A stretch of 32,000 nt of DNA from Nitrososphaerota archaeon. Its GTDB lineage: Archaea > Thermoproteota > Nitrososphaeria > Nitrososphaerales > Nitrosopumilaceae. This document shows, one piece after another, positions 1 through 9,811 of the stretch. Under the pieces are notes generated by a model. That model was not told the origin of the DNA, searched no databases, and was given only the letters and a program-made list of their open reading frames with translations. The stretch is taken from positions 6,423-38,422 of the forward strand of contig JACZTB010000004.1 of the NCBI GenBank assembly GCA_022573895.1, read 5' to 3'. The number at the start of each line of letters is the position of its first letter. Positions within the stretch are counted from its first letter, which is position 1. The position numbers were made by a program, and so were the translations under genes.

Positions 1-51
1 GTTCAGTTAGAATTTTTTTGTCTGATTGTGATAAAATAATTTTCTGCAAAT

Positions 52-846
52 CTATTCTACGTTAACAGTTCCAACCATCCATGGATGTACAATACACAAA
101 TACTCGTATTCTCCTACTTCCAAATTAGTTGTATCTAGAGTAAAGATATCTCCTGTATCCATTAAACTAGAATCAAATGTTTCCCCAAAGTCTACTGCAC
201 TAGTTACTGTATGTACAACTGAATCTAGATTTGTCCATTCAATTGTATATCCTTGTGTAACAACTGCGACATCCGGTTTATAATCTGGATTTCCTTCTTG
301 ATCTGATCCTTCTAAAATTTGAATTGCAAAGATTGGCCCTGTTAACACAAATTCTTTGGTTGGCTCTACAGCTCCAATTTGTTGAGGAATCATGTCTGTG
401 TCTGGACTCACGAATCCAAATGCTAACCACATGATAATTCCTGTTACTGCTGCAATTGAAACAATGGAACCAACTGGTTTTACTTTAGTTGGTTGCTTCA
501 TTGCTAGATATGCTATGATGATTGCTGGGAATCCAATTGCCGATAAAATTACTGCTAACGTGACTGTATAGGCTGATGAATCCATGACTGCTAAACCATA
601 TACTCCAAAAGATAATGAAATTCCCAAAACTATCAAAGTCGTTGCCTTCGCTTTATTACTAGTTGAAATACCTCCGTCTAAGATTCCTACTGCTAAGAAA
701 ATCAGTCCTATAAACATGACAAGTCCACTCAAAGCATGCAAACCGTCAACGAACGTATGTGCAATTCCAGCATAAGACAATATAACGCCTGCCAAGCCTA
801 CGGCTGTTAGTCCCATTCCTGGCATCATGAGATCCCAATTACTCAT
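52..846 (-). CDS. Polytopic membrane protein with C-terminal type-1 (blue) copper cupredoxin domain (plastocyanin/amicyanin-like)
   Basis: 264-aa ORF. About five hydrophobic helices in the first ~155 aa. The C-terminal ~100 aa carries a type-1 Cu ligand pattern: His in VVHTVTS and C-x2-H-x2-M in YLCIVHPWM (amicyanin-like spacing). Confidence 0.8.
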   Translation of the reverse strand: MSNWDLMMPGMGLTAVGLAGVILSYAGIAHTFVDGLHALSGLVMFIGLIFLAVGILDGGISTSNKAKATTLIVLGISLSFGVYGLAVMDSSAYTVTLAVILSAIGFPAIIIAYLAMKQPTKVKPVGSIVSIAAVTGIIMWLAFGFVSPDTDMIPQQIGAVEPTKEFVLTGPIFAIQILEGSDQEGNPDYKPDVAVVTQGYTIEWTNLDSVVHTVTSAVDFGETFDSSLMDTGDIFTLDTTNLEVGEYEYLCIVHPWMVGTVNVE

Positions 847-938
847 TCAAGTAGCTGGAAGAATTGAGATACTTATTCCTTTTGAAACATTATGGATCAC
901 GTAGACAAAGAAATTAAATGGCTTTGGAATAGAATAGA

Positions 939-1832
939 GTGAAATTGGGATTTAATGAAATAATAGAGATATCTAAACCTCGGATAGTTGTTCTTCTAGT
1001 AATAACTGCGGTTACTTCCATGTATGCTGCAAGTAAACTAGTTGACGGTGCACCTGAACTTGATTATTGGTCATTCTTGCACATAATTATTGCAGGAACA
1101 TTGGCATCTGCAGGATCTAGTGCACTAAATCACTATTATGACAGAGACATTGATCCGAAAATGAAGAGAACCAGTACAAGGCCTATCCCTTCTGGACGAA
1201 TGGCAGCATCTCATGTTTTCATTTATGGATTAGTTGTAAGCTGTGTCTCTGTAATCTATGGCTACTTTGCTCTAAATCCAGTATCTGCTTTCTTTATTGC
1301 TGTTGGAATCTTCTCATATGTGATCATTTACACAGTTTGGCTAAAACGCCGAAACTCTTCAAACATCGTAATTGGAGGAATTGCCGGCAGTGCAGCAGCT
1401 TGGGCTGGATGGTCTGCAGCTACTGGCAGTATAGATCTATTGGGATTCTTAGTTGGATTCTTGGTTTTTGTTTGGACTCCTTCTCACTTTTGGTGTCTTG
1501 CAATGAAGATTAAAGATGAATATGCACAAGCTGAGATTCCAATGCTGCCTGTTGTCATTGGTATGCAAAAAACTTCAAAATACATTTTAGGAAACACAAT
1601 AATTTTAATTCCTTTTTCTTTGATACTTTCATTTATTCCAAATGGAATGGGAATTATTTACACAGTAATTGCATTAGTCTCTGGTGGACTGATGCTTGCA
1701 TATCACTATAAACTAACAAAGAATCCTACATCAGAATTTGCTTGGAAAGCATACAAAGTCACTGCTCCATATCTTACAATAATTTTTGTAGCAGTTGCAT
1801 TGGACGCTGCGTTTCATTTCCCTCTATTCTGA
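939..1832 (+). CDS. ctaB: Protoheme IX farnesyltransferase (heme O synthase), UbiA prenyltransferase superfamily
   Basis: 297-aa polytopic membrane ORF with the UbiA/heme O synthase signature NHYYDRDIDPKMKRTSTRPIPSGR. GTG start. Divergent from the cupredoxin gene. Confidence 0.88.
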   Translation: MKLGFNEIIEISKPRIVVLLVITAVTSMYAASKLVDGAPELDYWSFLHIIIAGTLASAGSSALNHYYDRDIDPKMKRTSTRPIPSGRMAASHVFIYGLVVSCVSVIYGYFALNPVSAFFIAVGIFSYVIIYTVWLKRRNSSNIVIGGIAGSAAAWAGWSAATGSIDLLGFLVGFLVFVWTPSHFWCLAMKIKDEYAQAEIPMLPVVIGMQKTSKYILGNTIILIPFSLILSFIPNGMGIIYTVIALVSGGLMLAYHYKLTKNPTSEFAWKAYKVTAPYLTIIFVAVALDAAFHFPLF

Positions 1833-1836
1833 GTAG

Positions 1837-2133
1837 TTATTTTTCAAAACCTGGGAAACTTGCTTCATAATCTTTTTCTATCATTTCTTTATTCTGTTCT
1901 TCAATTTTGTCTACCTCTTTTTCAACAACAACTATTTCTATCCTACGCTCATCCTTTGTAATCCAAATTACTGTGATAAGGCCAAGAATCTCTAAATCTA
2001 AAAGTATTTTGTTGAATTTGTCTTCAGGAAGTACATATCCTTCTTTTATTAAGATTTTAAAAAGCTCAACATCTGTTAAGGAATTTACTTCCTTAATCTT
2101 GTCATATACTGTATTTCGTATTGGAATTGCCAT
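1837..2133 (-). CDS. Hypothetical 98-aa protein, possibly winged-helix-like, with an acidic C-terminus
   Basis: ATG lies 2 nt after the CDC48 stop codon (TAA-AA-ATG). Composition is protein-like. No motif recognised. Confidence 0.6.
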   Translation of the reverse strand: MAIPIRNTVYDKIKEVNSLTDVELFKILIKEGYVLPEDKFNKILLDLEILGLITVIWITKDERRIEIVVVEKEVDKIEEQNKEMIEKDYEASFPGFEK

Positions 2134-2135
2134 TT

Positions 2136-4304
2136 TTATCCGTAGAATACTTTATCTCCTGTCTTGGGTACAACGTTAGATATACTTTCTCTTACAGAAT
2201 TATACCATTGATCAACGTCCTTAGTAATAGATGGTTTGACTTGTTTCAAACCATTTGCAAAATCTTGACTTGAAATTTTTGACGAATTATTTCTCATCGC
2301 TTGAACTGCTGCTTCTCTACAAAGTGCTGCTAAATCTGCACCAGTATAATTCTGTGTTGCTATTGCTATCTCTTGTAATTTTATATCATTTGCTAATGGC
2401 ATCTTTTTTGTTAAAATCTTGATAATCTCTAATCGTCCTTTTTCATCTGGAGGTTCTACATATAGAACTAAATCTAGTCTTCCTGTTCTTAACAATGAAT
2501 TATCTAAAATATCTGGTCTGTTTGTAATTCCAATTACTACGACTCGTGAAGAAATACCTTCTTCAATCTCTGTTAGCAATTGACTTAGAACATTGTCACT
2601 TGTACCTCCTTCTCCTGATTTATAACGTGCAAGTGAATCAAGTTCGTCAAAAATTACCACACATGGTGCTGCTGCTTTTGCTTTTCTGAATATTTCTCTA
2701 ATAGCTTTCTCTGATTCTCCAATCCATTTTGAAAGGATCTCAGGGCCTTTAACCAAAATCATATTTGCACCAGTCTCAGTTGCAAGTGCTCGTCCAAGTA
2801 GTGTCTTTCCACATCCTGGAGGTCCATAAATCAAAGCTCCTCTTGGTGGTCTGACTCCCATCTTTGTAAACTTGTTTGGCTCCTTCATTGCCACAACAAG
2901 ATTGTCTGTTAATGCTTTTTTGATATTATCTAATCCACCAACATCTTTCCACCACACTTTAGGTCTTTCAACATAAAATTCCCTCATTGCTGTAGGAACT
3001 ACCTCATGCATTGCATCATAAAAGTCGATTAACTTGATCTGCATTGATTGCAATACTTCAGAAGAAATTTTTTCTGTTTCAAGATCTATTTCTGGTAGAT
3101 ATCTCCTGATTGACTTCATTGCTGCTTCTCTACAAAGCGATTTGATGTCTGCACCTGTGTATCCATGTAGTTCTGATGCCAAGTTTTTCAGATCTACATC
3201 GTCACTTACCGGCATCCCTCTTGTGTGAATTAGAAGAATATCTAGTCGCCCATCTTCATTAGGTACAGATATCTCAAATTCTCTATCGAATCTACCTGGT
3301 CTTCTAAGTGCTGGATCAACGCTTTCTGGTCTATTTGTTGCACCAAGTACAATGACATTTCCTCGGTCAGTCAGACCATCCATTAATGCTAACAATTGAG
3401 CAACAACTCTTTTTTCAACATCCCCGTAAGCTTCTTCCCTTTTTGGTGCAACTGCATCAATCTCATCAATGAATATTATACTTGGAGAATTGTCTTTAGC
3501 TTCTTTGAAAATTTCTCTAATTTTTGCTTCTGTTTCACCATAATACTTGTTCATTATCTCTGGACCATTAATAAAAAACATGTTAGCTTCTGATTCACTG
3601 GCAAGAACTTTTGCAAGTAATGTCTTACCACATCCAGGAGGGCCATACAGTAAAATTCCACTATGTGGTTCAATTCCTAGTCTTGCAAATAACTCAGGAT
3701 GTTTTAATGGAAGCTCTACAATCTCTCTCATTGCTTTAACTTCTTCCCGAAGTCCTCCCACCTCTTCATATGTCACTCGAACTTTTCTATCAACTGTAGT
3801 TTCTGTTGAAATTTTAAGATCCGTAGTTCGATCTATCTTAACTACTCCTTTTGGAGTGGCTTTTGTAATTTTAAAGTCTATAGAATTTCCTAATATCATT
3901 ACAGAAATTTCATCACCATGAGTAATTGGTAATCCTTTCAATCTGTTTTTAACAAAATCCATAAATTCTTTGTCTGCTGTAACCGAATCATTTACAGGTG
4001 TTAGGAAAATTGTTTTTGCAATCTTTGATGATACTTTGCTAATTTTTACAATATCATTTAGTGATGCTCCAACATTTTTTCTTGTTTGTCCATCAACTCG
4101 TATGATATCTGGAAATTTTTCGTCTTCATCTACTGGCCAAACAACTGCACAACTAGATCTTGAACCCATCACTTCAACAATGTCGCCAGGAGTAACTTTA
4201 AGGAAATCCATGGCATCAGGTCCAATTCTAGCACGTTTTTTTCCAACATCTCTTTGCTTTGCTTCCCCAATTCGCATTTGCAAAGGTTCTTCTTTGCGTA
4301 CCAA
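2136..4304 (-). CDS. cdc48: CDC48/VCP-type AAA+ ATPase (two AAA domains)
   Basis: 722 aa. Double-psi-barrel-like N-domain (GDIVEV..G). Two Walker A motifs GPPGCGKT and two Walker B motifs ([16 protein letters not shown]). The start at 4304 is TTG; an alternative ATG at 4277 ([12 protein letters not shown]) is equally plausible. Confidence 0.95.
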   Translation of the reverse strand: MVRKEEPLQMRIGEAKQRDVGKKRARIGPDAMDFLKVTPGDIVEVMGSRSSCAVVWPVDEDEKFPDIIRVDGQTRKNVGASLNDIVKISKVSSKIAKTIFLTPVNDSVTADKEFMDFVKNRLKGLPITHGDEISVMILGNSIDFKITKATPKGVVKIDRTTDLKISTETTVDRKVRVTYEEVGGLREEVKAMREIVELPLKHPELFARLGIEPHSGILLYGPPGCGKTLLAKVLASESEANMFFINGPEIMNKYYGETEAKIREIFKEAKDNSPSIIFIDEIDAVAPKREEAYGDVEKRVVAQLLALMDGLTDRGNVIVLGATNRPESVDPALRRPGRFDREFEISVPNEDGRLDILLIHTRGMPVSDDVDLKNLASELHGYTGADIKSLCREAAMKSIRRYLPEIDLETEKISSEVLQSMQIKLIDFYDAMHEVVPTAMREFYVERPKVWWKDVGGLDNIKKALTDNLVVAMKEPNKFTKMGVRPPRGALIYGPPGCGKTLLGRALATETGANMILVKGPEILSKWIGESEKAIREIFRKAKAAAPCVVIFDELDSLARYKSGEGGTSDNVLSQLLTEIEEGISSRVVVIGITNRPDILDNSLLRTGRLDLVLYVEPPDEKGRLEIIKILTKKMPLANDIKLQEIAIATQNYTGADLAALCREAAVQAMRNNSSKISSQDFANGLKQVKPSITKDVDQWYNSVRESISNVVPKTGDKVFYG

Positions 4305-4312
4305 AAAATCAC

Positions 4313-4594
4313 CTATTTCATGTCAACTGACATTCTACTCATATTGAGAACTTCTAATTCGCTGACGCCCTCAGTCGATTTAACAGAATTTTCTAATGAA
4401 TCCATTTGTCCCTCTTTGTCATCTAAGATGAATTCTGCTTTAAGAAATTCCAATCCAAATGCTAATGGTTCTTTGACATGTCTTTTCATCATTATTCCTT
4501 CTTTTAATGATGACTTGATAGATTCTGCTAGTTTATCTAGATCCACATCTATGTTTTTAGGAAGAATTTTTGCAATTAATAGTAATTGAGCCAT
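4313..4594 (-). CDS. Translation elongation factor aEF-1 beta
   Basis: 93 aa. Matches the archaeal EF-1beta pattern (..KILP....VDLD.L...I.......EPLAFGL..L......D.EG..D..E......GV...EV.....M). Lies downstream of the Zn-ribbon gene that usually accompanies it in archaea. Confidence 0.8.
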   Translation of the reverse strand: MAQLLLIAKILPKNIDVDLDKLAESIKSSLKEGIMMKRHVKEPLAFGLEFLKAEFILDDKEGQMDSLENSVKSTEGVSELEVLNMSRMSVDMK

Positions 4595-4598
4595 TTTC

Positions 4599-4802
4599 TT
4601 AAGGTCCCTGAAAATTACATGAAGAACAAGTATAGTTTCTTGCTGCTTGTCTGCAACTTTGACATCTCCAAATTAAATCAACACCACAATCAGGACAATT
4701 GAATTTTACACATTTATCATTAGGCATAATATGTCTATGACAACAACTACATGTTGGTAATGAAATCGTAGATGACATACCCCGATTTTCTGTAAACATC
4801 AT
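4599..4802 (-). CDS. Small Zn-ribbon protein (COG2888-like, the usual archaeal neighbour of aEF-1beta)
   Basis: 67 aa with multiple CxxC pairs (CSCCHRH, CPDCG, CQSCR, CSSC). 4-nt gap to the EF-1beta start. Confidence 0.7.
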   Translation of the reverse strand: MMFTENRGMSSTISLPTCSCCHRHIMPNDKCVKFNCPDCGVDLIWRCQSCRQAARNYTCSSCNFQGP

Positions 4803-4831
4803 TTATACCTTCCTTAGAATTTGAGCATATT

Positions 4832-5968
4832 TTATCTCAGAAATTTTTTTAACTCTCCACCAATTAGAGTTTGTGCAGTTTTAATTGAACCTTTCATTCC
4901 TAGTAATTTTATAATTGAACCAGTATGAAAATCAAAATCATCTTTTTCTGAAATTTCTTTTATGATCTCTGGTGTAATTGACTCAAATAGTTTGTTGATT
5001 GTTTTATTGTCTACTCTCTCCAAAATTTTTCTTGCAAATACCTGTTTTGCAAATTCTTTACCAAATCTTTTTGTCCATTTTTTTTGATATTGCTCAAGAT
5101 CTGATCTATTATTTGTTTTTAAAAATTTGGATATTGCCTGTCCGGCGTAAACTCCTCCCATTCCGCTAGTAAAAATTCCTCCAGCAGTTGTTGGTTTTGC
5201 CTGTCCTGCAGCATCTCCCACAGTTACTGTTTTTCCTTCTACAAACTTTGCAATAGGGCCTTTTATCCAGATTGGAGCAAAAATTTTTCTAATTGTTGAA
5301 TAGTTTCCTTTTTCTTCAAGAATTTTATCTAATGTTTTAGCTATATTGATTCCTCTTCCAGCAACTCCTACTTTGCCTTTACCTTCATTAGATGCAATGA
5401 TCCATGCAAAGAATCCTGGATATTTTTCTTGATCAAAAATTACTTCTACTTTTCCTTTCTTGATCCAGTCTGCATAAATTTCGTATTGTGCTGATAATAA
5501 AATTCCAGTTCTGTCTTTGTGTACAAGTGACGAAACTCCTCTTGCATCAACAAAAATCTTACAATTAATTGTCTCTTCATTTGTTCTAATTCCTGTGTCT
5601 GTAATCTCTTGAAAGCTAGTTTTAACTTTGATTACTGCTCCATTTTTCTGAGCTTGAAAAGCTATTTGTTTATCTAACTCTCTTCGATTAATTTCAACCA
5701 CTTTTTGCTTCTTTGAATTAATTGTAAAACTATTCCCATTTGGTGCTGTGATTTCAGCAGATTCTATCATATGAATCAAATTTTTTTTAAATGGGATTAC
5801 TCCTAGTTCTTCTAACCCTGCCATACTAACTAATCCGCCACAATGTTCAGGAGTCCCTATCTCGTAGTCTTCTTCAATAACTAGTACTGAAAATCCTCCT
5901 GAAGCAACTTCTCTAGCGCACAATAATCCTGCAATACTTCCTCCAGCAACTACAACATCAAAGTTCAT
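4832..5968 (-). CDS. FAD-dependent oxidoreductase, geranylgeranyl reductase family
   Basis: 378 aa. N-terminal Rossmann FAD motif DVVVAGGSIAGLLCA..E(E). PEHCGGL motif, and GDAAG near the C-terminal third. Typical of archaeal (di)geranylgeranyl reductases. Confidence 0.8.
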   Translation of the reverse strand: MNFDVVVAGGSIAGLLCAREVASGGFSVLVIEEDYEIGTPEHCGGLVSMAGLEELGVIPFKKNLIHMIESAEITAPNGNSFTINSKKQKVVEINRRELDKQIAFQAQKNGAVIKVKTSFQEITDTGIRTNEETINCKIFVDARGVSSLVHKDRTGILLSAQYEIYADWIKKGKVEVIFDQEKYPGFFAWIIASNEGKGKVGVAGRGINIAKTLDKILEEKGNYSTIRKIFAPIWIKGPIAKFVEGKTVTVGDAAGQAKPTTAGGIFTSGMGGVYAGQAISKFLKTNNRSDLEQYQKKWTKRFGKEFAKQVFARKILERVDNKTINKLFESITPEIIKEISEKDDFDFHTGSIIKLLGMKGSIKTAQTLIGGELKKFLR

Positions 5969-6034
5969 AGATTTTGTTTCTTGGTCAATTATTTAACTCA
6001 AAAGTTTTACATCAAGCCTGTTTTTGATTAATGT

Positions 6035-6388
6035 ATGGGAACTATCAAACAAGTAATTGTCGTTAGAACTGATCTTGAAATGGGAAAAGGAAAGATAGCA
6101 GCACAAGTAGGTCATGCTTGCGTTCTTGGATCAGAGCATGTGAGAAAATCTCACCCTGAATGGTATGATGAATGGTGGAACGGACAAGAGAAAGTTGTTC
6201 TTAAAGTTTCCAATATTAAAGATTTGCAGGAAGTAAAAAGACATGCAATTGATTTGAATCTTCCATGGTCTGAAGTCACAGATGCTGGACACACGCAGAT
6301 AGCTCCTGGAACAACAACCTGCATCTCAATTGGTCCAGCTCCTGAAAATCTGATTGATAAAATAACTGGTGATCTAAAATTACTATAA
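6035..6388 (+). CDS. pth2: Peptidyl-tRNA hydrolase, archaeal/eukaryotic type (Pth2)
   Basis: 117 aa. Matches the PTH2 family pattern: VVRTDLEMGKGKIAAQVGHA ... VTDAGHTQIAPGTTTCISIGP. Confidence 0.9.
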   Translation: MGTIKQVIVVRTDLEMGKGKIAAQVGHACVLGSEHVRKSHPEWYDEWWNGQEKVVLKVSNIKDLQEVKRHAIDLNLPWSEVTDAGHTQIAPGTTTCISIGPAPENLIDKITGDLKLL

Positions 6389-6440
6389 CTTGTAGACTTG
6401 TTGGGAATAAGATATAACACGGCTCGATATTTTTTGAGAT

Positions 6441-8033
6441 ATGAAGAAAAAAGGAGTTTTAGTAGTTTTCTTTTTTGGCGGAATTATGATAACTTCAGGT
6501 TTTGGACTGCAAAGCATGATGTCGCCTCCGCCTGAAGATAATCCCGAGTTCACAATTACTGGAACTCCAGCAGATAATTTTCCTGATGTACAACGTGCTC
6601 AGTTTTGTGGCTCTGGTGATGCAAAGTCTACTGAGTATGTTCAAGAATTCTCAATTCCAACACCATGCACAAATCCATTAGCAATTGTAACAGACTATGA
6701 TGGAAATGTTTGGTTCACTCAAACAAATACTGGCAAACTAGCAAAATTTGATCCATCCACTGAAAGATTTACAGAGTATGACAATCCTTTGTGGCCACCA
6801 GGAGAACGTTCTATGATGTGGGGAATTGACTATGCACCTGATGACTCGGTGTGGTTTACTGATGAAAGATTTGATTCAATATGGAAATTCTCAACTATTG
6901 ATGAGAAATATGAGCGATTACCATATCCGTCTGATGGAAACTCTTTACCACAAAGACTCCAAATTGATGGTTCTCAAATTATCATCAATGATTTTACTGG
7001 AAATAAACTTACATTCTTGGATCTAAGTCAATCTGCTAATGAACTCTATAGCATTCCATCCCCTTTTGAAAATTCTGTAACTGCAGATTTTGCCATAGAT
7101 AAAAATGACAATGTCTGGTTTACGAATTGGGTATTCCAACAAGATGGGTTTTTAGTTAAATTCAATCAAAATGAATATCTTGATTCTGTTTCACCTGATG
7201 ACCAATTCCGTCCTGTAATTGACTTTACTGAATTCTATCGGTTGCCATCAGAATTATTAACTCCAAATGGAGCTGTGGTAACTGATGATGGAACTATTTG
7301 GTTAGCAGATACTACATCCTCTTTCTTCTTTAATTTTGATCCTTTCACGGAACAATTTACTCAATATGTTACAGCTGAACCCCAACTTAGTACATATGGA
7401 AATCAAACAGGAGTAATTAAATCCCCAATTTCTAGACCCTATTGGATTGAAGCTGATGATCAAGGACGACTTGTTTTCAATGAACAAACTGCAAACAATA
7501 TCTCTGTAATGGATCCAAAATCTCAATCTCTTGTAGAATATCATATTCCTTCAAAGAACCCTTACTGGGGTGATTGTGACCCTGGAACCGGTATGATGTT
7601 GGATAATTGTGGTATAGCTCAAATCTTTGATTTTACTATAGATGGTGAAAAAATTTGGTTTACTGAATGGGTAGAAAATAACATTGGAGTAGTCGACACT
7701 TCTGTTCCATTACCTTTTGAAATCGAAATAGAATACTATTCCTTAACACTTGCTCCTGGAGAAACACAACAATTCAACTTTATCATATACCCTAAATCCC
7801 AAAAAAACATGTTAAGCGTTTCATTAATTCTATCTACAACTCACGAGTTCTTGAATGTCAACCTTGTTAATGATACTCCTAAAACATTTCAATTAGATTT
7901 TGATGTTCCTAGAGCAATTCATACAACTATTTCAGCATCAGAAGATGCTATATCGGGTACATACAAAATTCTACTTGGAGCCCAATCTCCAGACATTGCA
8001 ATTAGCAAATTTGTTACAGTGACAATAGAGTGA
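6441..8033 (+). CDS. Secreted or membrane-anchored beta-propeller repeat protein (Vgb/streptogramin-lyase-like or NHL-like repeats) with a C-terminal Ig-like region
   Basis: 530 aa. N-terminal hydrophobic signal or anchor. Recurrent D(G/D)xVWFT(x)n blades (DGNVWFTQ, DDSVWFTD, NDNVWFTN, DGTIWLAD, GEKIWFTE). Confidence 0.7.
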   Translation: MKKKGVLVVFFFGGIMITSGFGLQSMMSPPPEDNPEFTITGTPADNFPDVQRAQFCGSGDAKSTEYVQEFSIPTPCTNPLAIVTDYDGNVWFTQTNTGKLAKFDPSTERFTEYDNPLWPPGERSMMWGIDYAPDDSVWFTDERFDSIWKFSTIDEKYERLPYPSDGNSLPQRLQIDGSQIIINDFTGNKLTFLDLSQSANELYSIPSPFENSVTADFAIDKNDNVWFTNWVFQQDGFLVKFNQNEYLDSVSPDDQFRPVIDFTEFYRLPSELLTPNGAVVTDDGTIWLADTTSSFFFNFDPFTEQFTQYVTAEPQLSTYGNQTGVIKSPISRPYWIEADDQGRLVFNEQTANNISVMDPKSQSLVEYHIPSKNPYWGDCDPGTGMMLDNCGIAQIFDFTIDGEKIWFTEWVENNIGVVDTSVPLPFEIEIEYYSLTLAPGETQQFNFIIYPKSQKNMLSVSLILSTTHEFLNVNLVNDTPKTFQLDFDVPRAIHTTISASEDAISGTYKILLGAQSPDIAISKFVTVTIE

Positions 8034-9226
8034 TACCAAATTTAGATTCTGAAATAGGTATTACCACTTATAGTACAGAATTTGATGGAATTGGAGGTAA
8101 AATTAGAGTTGAGCCTGAAGATTTTCAAGTAACTGAATTAATTTCTCAAAGAGCACAAAACTCCATTAATGATCAAAAAGGTTATGCCGTATACAAACTA
8201 AAAAAGAAAAAGATTGATACTAATCATGCTTTATCTGATGTTTTTAGGAAAGAAGGAATTCGCTTAAAGTCTCTTGGGCTAAAAGATGCATATGCTGTAA
8301 CAGAGCAATTTGTTTGCTCTGGAAATAAAGGAAGAACAATCGAAAATTTTTCAACTGACAAGTACTCTCTTGAAAAAATTGGCTTTGTAAAAAAACCATT
8401 ATCAAAAAAAGACATGGTATCAAATCATTTCAAAATAAAAATCTCTGATTGTTCTGATGATTTATCTTCTTTTATTGAATATGACAAAATTCTGAATTTT
8501 TATGGCTATCAACGCTTTGGTTCAAAAAGACCAGTAACTCATCTTATTGGAAAGGCAATTTTGCAGAGAGATTTCATAAAAGCCGTTGAATTGATTTTAT
8601 CTTTTACATCTCCTTATGACTCAAAGGCAAATACTGAGATTCGTGAAAAACTTTCTGATAAAGAAAACTATGAAAAATATTTTGATCAGGTTCCATATCA
8701 AATGGATATTGAAAGAATTGTTCTAAAAGAAATGATTGAACATGAAGATGCCCTTCGTGCAATCCGTTCCATTCCTATATCATTGCGAAGATTTTACGTT
8801 CAAGCCTACCAGTCTTTTCTCTTTAATCAGTCTCTAAGTTCAGCTTTTTCTGATGGTGAAAATCTGTTTGAAGCACAACCTAGTGATGTTTGTTTTGATT
8901 TTCATGGAGTTATTGGAAAATATGTGAAAGGATTAGATCAACGGTTAGCATTACCGTTTGTTGGATATTCATACTACAAAAAAACAAGATTTGATTATCA
9001 AATCTCCAAAATATTAGAACAAGAAGAAATTACTCCCAAAGACTTTTTCATCAAAGAGATGCAGGAGGTAAGTAGTGAGGGTGGTTTTAGACAAGCTGCA
9101 ATACATTGTTCTGACTATTCATCGCATAAGACAACCGTCGAGTTTTCATTATCTAGAGGTTCTTTTGCAACAATCTTGTTAAGAGAAATAATGAAACCAA
9201 AAGATCCAATACTTGCAGGTTTTTGA
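8030..9226 (+). CDS. truD: tRNA pseudouridine synthase TruD/Pus7 family
   Basis: 398 aa. N-terminal TruD pattern (IGITTYST..GIGGKIRVEPEDFQVTE) and the NFYGYQRFG motif. GTG start overlaps the upstream stop (GTGA). Confidence 0.85.
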   Translation: MIPNLDSEIGITTYSTEFDGIGGKIRVEPEDFQVTELISQRAQNSINDQKGYAVYKLKKKKIDTNHALSDVFRKEGIRLKSLGLKDAYAVTEQFVCSGNKGRTIENFSTDKYSLEKIGFVKKPLSKKDMVSNHFKIKISDCSDDLSSFIEYDKILNFYGYQRFGSKRPVTHLIGKAILQRDFIKAVELILSFTSPYDSKANTEIREKLSDKENYEKYFDQVPYQMDIERIVLKEMIEHEDALRAIRSIPISLRRFYVQAYQSFLFNQSLSSAFSDGENLFEAQPSDVCFDFHGVIGKYVKGLDQRLALPFVGYSYYKKTRFDYQISKILEQEEITPKDFFIKEMQEVSSEGGFRQAAIHCSDYSSHKTTVEFSLSRGSFATILLREIMKPKDPILAGF

Positions 9227-9295
9227 GATCTGTTTTAATAAAATAATTTCTTAGATGTCTTTAAGTTAGTGTGTTTTTAAGAAAATGTGATTGAG

Positions 9296-9526
9296 ATGGA
9301 TAAAGCCTACATGCTAATTAGTTGTGAAGTTGGAGAAGAACAATCACTTTATTCACAACTAAAAGAGATCCCTGAAGTCAAAGATTGTTTGATAACTTAT
9401 GGTAGTTATGATCTTGTTGCTGAATTTGTTACTGATACTCCTGCACAAATGAATGAAATAATTATATCTAAAATTAGAAAACTCCAAAAAATTAGAAGCA
9501 CTATTACCCTTCGTGTAATAAACTAA
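9296..9526 (+). CDS. Stand-alone Lrp/AsnC ligand-binding (RAM) domain protein
   Basis: 76 aa from the ATG at 9296 (the track's GTG at 9287 adds 3 aa). Beta-alpha-beta-beta-alpha-beta-like pattern AYMLISCEVG....L..I..V.....TYGSYDLVAEF. Paralogue at 18537..18770. Confidence 0.7.
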   Translation: MDKAYMLISCEVGEEQSLYSQLKEIPEVKDCLITYGSYDLVAEFVTDTPAQMNEIIISKIRKLQKIRSTITLRVIN

Positions 9527-9732
9527 TTTCTTTTGATTATACTAGTTCCTATTCCTACTGCAACTATGACAATTCCTACTATTGCAATATGAATGCCGTG
9601 TCTTGTCCAATCTGGGTTGGAATACATGAAAGAGGATTCTGGTCCTATTATTGATTGTCCTTGAAGATGAAAGACTAGACCAAAAATCAAGATGACAGTA
9701 CCTGTAATGAGTAGTGGTTTTACTCTATTCAT
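9523..9732 (-). CDS. Small membrane protein (2 TM)
   Basis: 69-aa ORF with two clear hydrophobic helices. No recognisable family. Confidence 0.5.
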   Translation of the reverse strand: MNRVKPLLITGTVILIFGLVFHLQGQSIIGPESSFMYSNPDWTRHGIHIAIVGIVIVAVGIGTSIIKRN

Positions 9733-9811
9733 GAATAATCTATTTGCATTCTTCTAAAAAGGGTAAACAGAATTGATAATTTGACCAAATGATTTTTTGA
9801 TTTAGCCTTTA

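Noticed and set aside
3034-4589. Five plus-strand ORFs (64-125 aa) listed in the track across the CDC48 and EF-1beta region.
   Set aside because: They are antisense to two confidently identified genes. They are Ser/Phe/Ile/Thr-rich and low-complexity with no motifs. Shadow ORFs of this kind are typical of AT-rich coding DNA.
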